In this document: positions 54,516-64,000 of the stretch, piece after piece
Numbering within the stretch: position 1 is the stretch's first letter
How the letters are laid out: each line of letters starts with the position of its first letter
Assembly (NCBI RefSeq): GCF_006345805.1
Contig: NC_042998.1
Span: 15,314,001 to 15,378,000, forward strand
DNA length: 64,000 nt
DNA from: Octopus sinensis
Lineage: Eukaryota
Direction of reading: 5' to 3'
Program-made: the position numbers and the translations under genes
Notes under the pieces: model-generated
What the model saw: only the letters and a program-made list of their open reading frames with translations
The model's database searches: none
What the model was told of the DNA's origin: nothing

Positions 54516-55427
54516 ACTGATGATGGTATGAAAGGACCTCTCACATTGCAATAGTATCAGAAGAGCTTCTAATATCTCCGTGTAGCTCCTGCAATTTCTG
54601 CATGAGGTAAGCATTTGTTTTATTTACTTCAAATATGTATGTATGTATCTGTGTGTGTTTGTGTGTTAATGCGTGTGTGCATGTGCATACATTTCTGCTA
54701 TCGCCTAGGATATTATTTCAAAACACACCGATCTGGATTCTTTCAAACAATTGCAGAATAACATTACATCAGATATTTCTTACTGCAATCACCGTTATGT
54801 CAACCATTATCTGTCAACCAAAATGTCAACCAAAATGTCAAACAATATGTCAACCAATACCTGTCACAAGCCTGTTTGCTTAAGCCGCACTATTCAGTTG
54901 AGATGGAATTCAAGAATTGAGAAGGAGTAGAAATGGAAGCAGCAATGACGTAGTTTAAGTAATGGCTATAAAAATATATAATATTATAATAAAGAAACAC
55001 AATACCGAATAGAAATGGCTTGCAATATATCGAATAACCAGTAAATACTAAGAAAAGATTAAGTGACTCTTAGTTCGTAAAGAAGTATACAAATTAGTAT
55101 GAGATTCTGATAAATCGACAGATTGCGTAGTCTTGAAAAAAAAATTAAGTGTTATGGAGATGTGGTCATACTATGCATAGAGTGAAAGAGAAGGAGCAGC
55201 GAGAACAAATATTGTGTTGAATAATACAAGTGCACGTGTGTGATAATTTGATATAGATGTGGTATGAATTTGCTGAATTTAAGTAGGTATTTCGCGGAGG
55301 CAATGTAGTCAATATATATTACATACGCATATGTATATTGAGCTACAAAATATGTGCGCGTGTGTTTTTGTGACTGTATGACTATAAACGCATCATACAT
55401 TCAAGTGCATACATACATACCTCCCTT

Positions 55428-55439
<12 letters not shown>

Positions 55440-55476
<37 letters not shown>

Positions 55477-55909
55477 ATGTATATATAAACATCCATACAC
55501 ACGCCCACACATATATGTTATTTTTATATATTTACATATATATATAGATATATATACATATACATATACAGATATACATATGTATACATACATATAGATA
55601 TATACATATACATATATATACATACACATATGTATACATACATATATACATACATATATATACATACAAACATACATATATATATATATATATATACATA
55701 TATATACATACAAACATACATACATATATACATATATATACATACAAACATACATACATATATATATACATGTATATACATACGAACATACATACATATA
55801 TATACATATATATACATACAAACATACATACATATATATACATATATATACATACAAACAAACATACATATACATACAAACATACATGCATACAAACATA
55901 CATACATAG

Positions 55910-55941
<32 letters not shown>

Positions 55942-55960
55942 ATGTATATGGATATATATA
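55440..55960. repeat. Compound (TA)/(CATA)n tract
   Basis: Directly visible. Confidence 0.9.
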
Positions 55961-56971
55961 TATAGATATGGTTGTATATTCTGTGATTATATATCTTTAG
56001 CACTATTTTTGCAAAATGTGCAGAAATCATACAAGAATACAAGAAAAGTGTTAAAATTAAAACAGGAGAAGCAAACAATAACAAAAATTTCATTTTTCCT
56101 TAACTGCTCCTATTTCTGTATTTTTTTTACTTCTTCTCCATGCATTTTAGGGATTTTAAACACGTCATCATATCTTAATCGTTTGTTAAAAACTGCCTAC
56201 TTGAGAGTTTTTGCTATAACTCTTAAACATGGTTTCCTGCACGGAAAAAAAAAAAAAAATATTTAAGATGATATTTAATAGATAAAATAAATTGCATAGA
56301 TTTATTGCTAAAAAAAAACCATAAAATAAATATTTGAATGTTTAAAATTTCATGTAAATGGATAAAAAATCAATAGAGATATTCAAAAATGTACAAAAGA
56401 AACAAGAAAAACACCTCATAAATCATTGGTAAAATAAATAAAAATGAATGTTTTACAATCATCCTATACATAATAGTCGAAATGTAAAACACTTTAACGG
56501 ATGTTTCGCTTTTTTTCTGCTAATATTTTATTCTTATTTTATACATCAGAGAGCTTCTGGCCAAATTAGCGAGCCAAACTTGATTTAGATTAAATATTTT
56601 AACTAAATAATTAATAATAGTCCAAATGACGTTTCTTATTAGCTGTTTGCCCTCTTGAATGAACATTTCAATTAATTAAGAATCGAGAAATAGCGTTTAA
56701 ATTAGAACAAATTGAAAATTATACATACGTACATACACACACTCTCTCTCTCTCTCACACACACACATATATGTACATATATATATATATATATATATAT
56801 GCAGATGATGGCTTTCTCAATTGTTTGAAAAGGAAACCAAAAGCTAAAATAAGAAGTAAATGATTTCACATTGGTGGTATTTAATTTTAATTAAGCAATA
56901 ATAACAATAACAAAATCAATAATAACGTGAGCAATGACACTACTACTACTACAACTAGTAGTAGTAGTAGT

Positions 56972-57009
<38 letters not shown>

Positions 57010-57079
57010 TAGTAGTAGTAGCGAGAACGACTTCTTGTAAAATCTATGACGTAAAGACATTAAAAATATGGACAGATAA

Positions 57080-57141
57080 CATCAACAGCAACAACAACAA
57101 CAACAATAATAATAATAATAATAATATTAATAATAATAATT

Positions 57142-57188
<47 letters not shown>

Positions 57189-57264
57189 TTTAATAATAAT
57201 AATAATTTTAATAATAATCATAATTTTAATAATAATCATGATTTTAATAATAATAATAACAATG

Positions 57265-57331
<67 letters not shown>

Positions 57332-57335
57332 TAAT
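57080..57335 (+). repeat. (AAT)n microsatellite
   Basis: Directly visible. It forms the 5' flank of an R4-like element. Confidence 0.95.
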
Positions 57336-58318
57336 GATAAAAAGGAGAGGTGGCATATGCCTTCCAAATGGTGAAATGATGAAGGCAATTCAACCTCAAT
57401 CCAGCTATAAATACCTGGGAATACCTGAGGGAGAGGAAACAAAGCAACGGCAGGAAAGAAAGACAAGAGAGTAGCTGCGGCAAGTGAGAAAAATATTGTC
57501 TTCAAAGCTGAATGCCAGAAACATAATTTCGGTAATAAACTCGCACGCAGTCGTAGTAGTTCGGTATGGCGCTGGAATCCTAAAGTGGACAGAGGAGGGG
57601 CTAAAGGAGATGGACAGGAAGTCAAGAAAGCTCCTAACGATACATGGAGCCCCGTGCAGACACTGATACCCTTATACGTTCCCGTGCTGATTCTGATCCT
57701 ACACATGAAGAAAATAAATGGAGGAAGAGGATTGATAAGTGTGGAGGACTGAGTGCATATGGAAGGAACTTAATGAGATATCAAGCCTTAAAGTAAGGAA
57801 ACATTGCTTGTGGAAATTAGGAACGAGGGAGTATTGAAAACAGAGAAAAAAAACATAGGATGAAGCACAAAATGGACATGAAGTGACTACGCAATCAGTT
57901 TTATGTAGCCGCAGTAAAAGTTGCAGGAAAAAATTGGTGACAATGCCTGATGAAAGGAACAGTAAAATAAAAAAAGAGAGACCGCGAGCCCTATACTGGC
58001 AGCGCAAGACCAAGCTTTGGCTACAAACTGGAGGTTCAACCTTAAGAAAGAGCAAGAGTCTCTGTTGTGTCGCATCTGCAATAGAATGGATGAAACCATT
58101 GCCCACCCCCCACATCACGAACGAATGCCTCAGACTTGTCCAAAACCACTACAAAGAAAATAGAATACCTACAAAAATCAGCATTGCTTGGAACCGCAAG
58201 AATTCTTCTCAGGGTACTTGCAGCATGAACAGTAGCCAAATGTCCCCTTAATTTGCTGGCTGTGGACAGCTGACACTTTCCATCATACGCAGCAAAACAA
58301 GATGTGAGTTTTCCTATA
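57336..58318 (+). mobile_element. R4/Dong-like family 5, truncated and internally deleted
   Basis: GGICLPNGE..YKYLGI, RKILSSKLNARNIISVINSHAVVVVRYGAG..DRKSRKLLT, LQKSALLGTARIL. The RLE segment is missing. (AAT)n on the left, (AAC)n on the right. Confidence 0.88.
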
Positions 58319-58337
58319 ACAACAACAACAACAACAA

Positions 58338-58393
<56 letters not shown>

Positions 58394-58394
<1 letters not shown>

Positions 58395-58926
58395 GCCCTG
58401 ATGCAATACCAGGCATTGACTCTCATGGTTTCTCCACTGATTGGAAGTGTTATCCTGAACATTGTTTCGTCTCGGTATAAAAGATGGGCCACAGCAAATA
58501 TTCTACTTAATACTACAGATTTGCTTGTCATTTCTTTGACCTTAACCCGTTGTTCACCTCCCTTAGTGACGGTATGTGCATATCTGATAACGAGCAGAAG
58601 TAGTGGGAGAGTATCATAGCCATGTATTGAGGGAAATTCTTTGGTATTTGGATAATTCACCTTTGGAAACATGGGTGTTTCGTTTAACATCCTTAAACAA
58701 ACGTTATTCAGGGACTTTATGATCGCGATGAACTACTCGACCTGAAGAAAATTCTAACTGGGCCCACTTACAAGGTCATGTGCTGGTTATCCTGATACGA
58801 CATCACCATGTCGCGCACATATGGTTGTGGGGCATGTGCTGATGTACCATTATAACACGGGCAGTCATGATGGGTGGACTGGGCTTCGTATATTTTAGCG
58901 TAGCGTCAATTTGATGGCATGCACTG

Positions 58927-58930
<4 letters not shown>
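58394..58930. mobile_element. Unclassified, relatively GC-rich interspersed repeat between microsatellites
   Basis: Non-coding, sharp boundaries with (ATT)n and (CT)n(AAT)n. Recalled as an abundant octopod repeat, unverified. Confidence 0.4.
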
Positions 58931-58995
<65 letters not shown>

Positions 58996-59014
58996 TAATA
59001 ATAATAATAATATG

Positions 59015-59257
59015 AACTGCTCATATCCTACGCAAAATACTTTCTATGTAATCTCAAGGTTTAAAACAAACATTAAAAAAAAAATTTTTAATTTTTTTTA
59101 ATTTTTATTTTTTAGACATCCACTAGTACAACACAAAAACAACCAAATATATGGCACAGTAGGCATAACAACAACGTGAACTTCCAGCCTGTTGTCTCTT
59201 GAGGTCTCCGGGTGAGGCTTGGAGCCAATTTGTACAAATATAAAGCAAAAGTCAAAC

Positions 59258-59260
<3 letters not shown>
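59015..59260 (+). mobile_element. R4/Dong-like family 2, 3' fragment
   Basis: Homologous to 28520-28767. (AAT)n on both sides. Confidence 0.9.
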
Positions 59261-59323
<63 letters not shown>

Positions 59324-59654
59324 ATAGTAAAAAGATGAAAATAATAATATCAGTGATAATAATAATAACGAATGGAATCGGTTAGAATCTCCATACGCCC
59401 TGATAGTCGATACATCAAATGATGCTGTCACAATAAAAACACTGCTAATTGCATATTCTTTGGTCGTAGCTTACCATTTGTGCTTTCTTTTTAATGAGGC
59501 GCTGTTTCTGTCCCTCCATTACCACTTTTAGGCCCTTTTTTTCAATATCATACTTCCTGTTCAGTGCCTTGTATTTTTGCTCGCTTTTGAGTTTCCCGCT
59601 TCCCTTTTCGGTCTAAAGCATAAATGTGTTTCGAATGCATATCTAACTTAGCAC

Positions 59655-60630
59655 TTGAGAATGAATGAAACTGAAAATAGGTGGATAAAGAAAAGAATGC
59701 AAGGAAAATTTCATAGGGATGTTGAAGATAAGATAGACAGAGAAAAAGATGGCTGTGGATGACTGAAACTGATTTTTCGAGCACCTTCCGGAGTATTGGA
59801 TCGGTTCCAAGTAGTGCTGTTTTCTGCAAGTACTCCACACTTATTGCAGCGTCTATTGTATGTACTTTTCAAGATTTTTACTCACTTTTTTAGCGACCAC
59901 AACTGCTTAACCTCCCAAGTTACCCTGTCGGAAACGGAGGCTTTGACCTGTGTTGCCCAAGATTTGTGCTGCATTTAGAACCAATTACATCAAGTACAGA
60001 ATGGACAACACAGCCGAAAGTGGTAAGTGCAGAATTTTTGGACAAAATGGTGAAACTGTATGGCATATTACCAGAAAATACACGCCACTAGCCTAGAAAG
60101 AATATAAGAGACGTCATGACAATGTAGTAAGTATTGCCCATTGGACACTTTGCAACAAGCATGGATTTGACAAAGCAAAAATATGGCACGAACACAAACC
60201 CGAAGGCATCATCTAAAATGAAAATGCAAAAATCTTGTGGGATTTTATGATTCAGTGCGACCATGAGATAGAGAATCGGAAACCAGACATAGTGATAATT
60301 AAGAAAGAAAACAAACGATGTTGGGTCATAGGTATAACATGCCCAAATGACAACAAAGTATATGATAAGGAAGAAGGAAAAGTCGCTAGATATGGCAGGT
60401 TAGCGTGGGAGGTTAAGCAGTTGTGGTCGCTAAAAAAGTGAGTAAAAATCTTGAGAAGTACATACAATAGGTGCTGCAATAAGTGTGGAGTACTTGCAGA
60501 AAACAGCACTACTTGCAACCGCTCCAATGCTCCGGAAGGTGCCCGAAAAATAAGGGGTGTTACCTTAGTTCACTGATAGTGAACAGCTGACACCGTAGTA
60601 CATCTCCAACGTTAGAGGCTGTGCAATGAC
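59655..60630 (+). mobile_element. R4/Dong-like family 6, containing an inverted copy of its own 3' end
   Basis: SETEALTCVAQ, CRIFGQNGETVWHI..RRHD, WDFMIQCDHEIENRKPDIVII, LQKTALL. Ends in (AAC/AAT)n. Confidence 0.88.
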
Positions 60631-61668
60631 AATAAACAACAACAATAACAATAATAATAATCAAAATAATAATAAGAAGAATATTAATAATAATATGTGA
60701 GTGCGTGTGTGCATGTGTGTGTGTGAGTGTGTCAGTGTGGGTGATTTGTGTATATGATTTGAACGAGTAAAATAGCAGAAAGTAGTCAAAATGAGAGAGT
60801 TTTTGAAACCGCACAGATATTTAGTAGTTTCAACAGTAATTCTTTCACGCAAACAAAAACTGCAGCTACAAAACAAGACGATGCTATCAAGGCCTTGTGG
60901 ATAATATAATTGAAATATATCACCAGCATATAGGGAATAAGAATTATTCTGATTAGTACTATGGTCGCCACATTCTTCAGCACTGGTGTGATTATACAAA
61001 TCATTTGCCAGAGAAAAATATATACAAGAGACAGGTAAAAAAAAAAAGAAAGGAAAAAATTGAAGAACGCTAGGATATGAGAAAATCCAAACTTCTGGAC
61101 AAAGGTAAGGAAAACTGCTAACAACCAAATATACCACCTGATTGGCTCAGTGAAACGGAAGGATCTGAATCCCTAATAATAGCAAATCCGAAAACAAAGT
61201 CATCGACAACATAAGTGTGACTTCTAAATCTTTAATCGCAGCAATACAGGAGCGAAAAACGCTTCTTCTCTACAGAAGAGTAAGTGTGTAGTGTATAGTC
61301 ATATGATGGTAATCACTTCCTGTGCAACAAAAGCATCAATGAATGATGTCGGAGGGTTAAGCCTATATGTTTTAAACAAGGAATATTGCTTTGATCTTAT
61401 ATCCACTTCTTATCTACTTTTTACTAACACACTTAACGAATATGTTACACGCCATAGTACTTGGATACAGGCTATATGGTGAAAAGTATTGAACAGTCAT
61501 TTCTATATTCAAGTTATACGACAACGACGAAGGAAAAAAACAAAAGTGCCGCCTTTAGATTGTACACGAATTTACAAAATAACTTGGCATGAGAGGGGAA
61601 TGATAAAAAATACAAAGGCTGCAAGTAGAGGGAACAATTATAACATTAATACTATGTTAATTAAAGAA

Positions 61669-61985
61669 GTGTGGAGGTACATGGCCTAGTGGTTAGAGCA
61701 GCTGACTCGCGGTCGAGGAATCACGGCTTCGTATCTCAGACCGAGTGATGTGAGTGCTTATGAGCGAAACACCTAAGCTCCACGCGGTTCCGGCAGAAGA
61801 TAACGGCGAACTTCTGCTGACTATTTCGCTACAACTTTCTCTCTCTCTTTCCTCCTGCATCTAGTAGCCCACCTGTGACGGACCAGCATCCCGTTCAGGT
61901 GGGAACCTATACGCAAAAGAAACCCGGAAACTGGCCCTATGAGCCAGGCGCGACTCGAGAAGCAACGAACAACAAAACAACAACA
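61669..61985 (+). mobile_element. SINE family C variant with an alternative 3' half and (CAA)n tail
   Basis: Family C head up to CAACTTTCTCTC, then different sequence. Confidence 0.8.
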
Positions 61986-62030
61986 ATTAAAGAAGTTTAC
62001 ACAAGAGAATTAAGGCAAAGTTATACTTAC

Positions 62031-62070
62031 ATTTTCTTCTGAATCAATGAAGATGTGGACGGAGTAGAGT
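62031..62070 (-). CDS. Candidate 40-nt exon, (R)LYSVHIFIDSEEN or STPSTSSLIQKK
   Basis: Minus strand: branch-like CCTAAC, TTTTCGTTCATTCTCAG acceptor, AAT|GTAAGT donor. Confidence 0.45.
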
Positions 62071-62189
62071 CTGAGAATGAACGAAAAGGTTAGGAGGGAA
62101 GAATGTATAAGTAAAGACAAACAGTTAGGTAGAAGACATCGTCGAAATTCTATTTGTGCCCCTTATAAGACATGTTTCCTTATGCACGA

Positions 62190-62575
62190 TGTGGAAGCAC
62201 TCCGTCGGTTACGACGACGAGGGTTCCGGTTGATCCGATCAACGGAACAGCCTGCTCGTGAAATTAACGTGTAAGTGGCTGAGCACTCCACAGGCACGTG
62301 TACCCTTAACGCAGTTCTCGGGGATATTCAGCGTGACACAGAGAGTGACAAGGCCGGCCCTTTGAAATACAGGTACAACAGAAACAGGAAGTAAGAGTGA
62401 GAGAAAGTTGTGGTGAAAGAGTACAGCAGGGATCGCCACCATCCCTGCCGGAGCCTCGTGGAGCTTTAGGTTTTTTCGCTCAATAAACACTCACAACGCC
62501 CGGTCTGGGAATCGAAACCGTGATCCTACGACCACGAGTCCGCTGCCCTAACCACTGGGCCAATGTGCCTCCTTA
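62190..62575 (-). mobile_element. SINE family C, full length
   Basis: Reverse complement of the 39546 type, with an intact head. Confidence 0.93.
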
Positions 62576-62749
62576 TGCACGATATAAATTAGCAGGAATG
62601 TACATAAAACTAAATATAATATTAAGTTCATTTAGAATATGCTGTCAACAATATTTCTCTGTGATTGAGAAATATTGTTGACAGAGCGGAACGATCTCGG
62701 CAACACGGAACGATTATAAAATAACCTCTATGAATATATTTTGATTTTT

Positions 62750-63066
62750 TATTTATGCGCCCTTTTCAAGCCTAGCCAGGCACATGGCCCCGGTTTCCTG
62801 GTTTCTATAGCCTATGTGTTCCCCACCCCCAGCTGGACAGGACGCCAGTCTATCGCAGCGTTGCTCAAGATACAGGAAGAAGGAGTGAAAGAAAGTTGTG
62901 GCGAAAGAGTACAACAGGGGTCGCCACCACCCCCTGTCGGAGCCTCGTGGAGCTTTAGGTGTTTTCGCTCAATACACACACACACACAACGCCCGGTCTG
63001 GGAATCGAAACCGCGATCCTCCGACCGTGAGTCCGCTGCCCTAAACACTGGACCATTGTTCCTTCA
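62750..63066 (-). mobile_element. SINE family C variant with a third type of 3' half
   Basis: Family C head, then GCGATAGACTGGCGTCCTGTCCAG..GAAAAGGGCGCATAAAT. Confidence 0.85.
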
Positions 63067-63654
63067 CATGAATATATCTAGTGAAGAACAAAAGGGAAAT
63101 TCAAAATCTGATTCAAACACTAACAACAACAAATCTACTATTTTTAAGGCTGCCTAAAATTAGGAAACGATCTTATATATAAGACTGATTTGAGAATAAA
63201 ATAAAATAAACTGAACTAAGATTGTGTTTTAGAATACCAGGCCTAAAATGATATGAGCGCAGATATACAGAATAATATCGAAGGAGTGCAGAGATCGAAC
63301 TCGATTCAAAGGTGAGAATAAAGAATTCTGAACTGCGACAACAGGTAAAGGTTTCCCACCTGAAGATACAGCTTGCTTATAGTTAAGGAGTATGTTCTAT
63401 ATAATTACATCATATAATGATTTTCAAATTTTGTCATAAAACCAGTACCTGCTTTAACGCATCGCAGAGGATTAAAGGTAAAGTCGATTACGATGAAATT
63501 TGAAATCAGAACGTAAAACATTGGAAGATCTGTCATTAAAAAATTTGATCGACGTGTTAAGGATTTTAGCAGATTGCTGCTTTTATAGCAATAGTAGTCC
63601 TTTGTATTATACACACAAGTTCTGAAATTTGGTGGAAGGGGCCTCATCCATTAC

Positions 63655-63985
63655 CTCGAATTTAGTGCTCAACTGGTACTTATTTAATCAAACATGAAAG
63701 ATAAAAGGCAAAGTCGACCAGGGTTGGAAGTTGAATACAAAACGTAAAGCTGGGAAAAAGGCCACTTAATACGTTTCTACTCTAGGCACATGGCCCGAAA
63801 TTTTTCGGGAGGGTACAGTCAATTAGATCGACCCCAGTATGCAACTAGATCTTAATTTATCAACTCCGAAAGGATGAAATGCAAAGAAGCCCTCGGCGGA
63901 ATTTGAACTCAGAACGTAAAGACAGACGAAAAATGGCCACTTAATACTATGTGCGGCGTAGTAACGATTTTGGCAGTTCACCGTC
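63655..63985 (-). mobile_element. Two SINE family A fragments (63655-63760, 63812-63985)
   Basis: CTGGTACTTATTTAATC..AAAGGCAAAGTCGACC and GGCGGAATTTGAACTCAGAACGTA. Confidence 0.8.
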
Positions 63986-64000
63986 TTAATATTGACTTTA

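Noticed and set aside
60661-61137. Two overlapping minus ORFs, one TM-like and one Cys-containing
   Set aside because: No coherent splice donors or recognisable domain, and they run into microsatellites. It cannot be supported without expression data.

Overview
AT-rich, repeat-dense metazoan genomic DNA. The SINE families and heavy microsatellite load suggest an octopod cephalopod (inference from recall, not a database search). There is no intact long ORF, and almost all listed ORFs are translations of simple repeats or transposon debris. The window contains: (i) at least 8 fragments of R4/Dong-like RLE retrotransposons, all on + and almost all embedded in (AAT)n tracts, with one family in (TACA)n; (ii) CR1-, RTE- and Tx1-like LINE remnants; (iii) Tc1, maT/mariner and Helitron-like DNA transposon pieces; (iv) about 25 copies of three tRNA-derived SINE families; (v) a near-identical 1.99-kb tandem duplication whose junctions lie in SINE heads; (vi) minimal type-I hammerhead ribozyme motifs, one inside a tRNA-headed SINE with a Penelope-like inverted arrangement; and (vii) several small exon candidates with strong splice signals, suggesting an unidentified host gene on + and possibly one on -. 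The most interesting signals are the hammerhead-carrying SINE, a 3'-UTR hairpin conserved in structure but not sequence across five R4-like families, the SINE-mediated duplication, and possible alternative soluble/membrane terminal exons.
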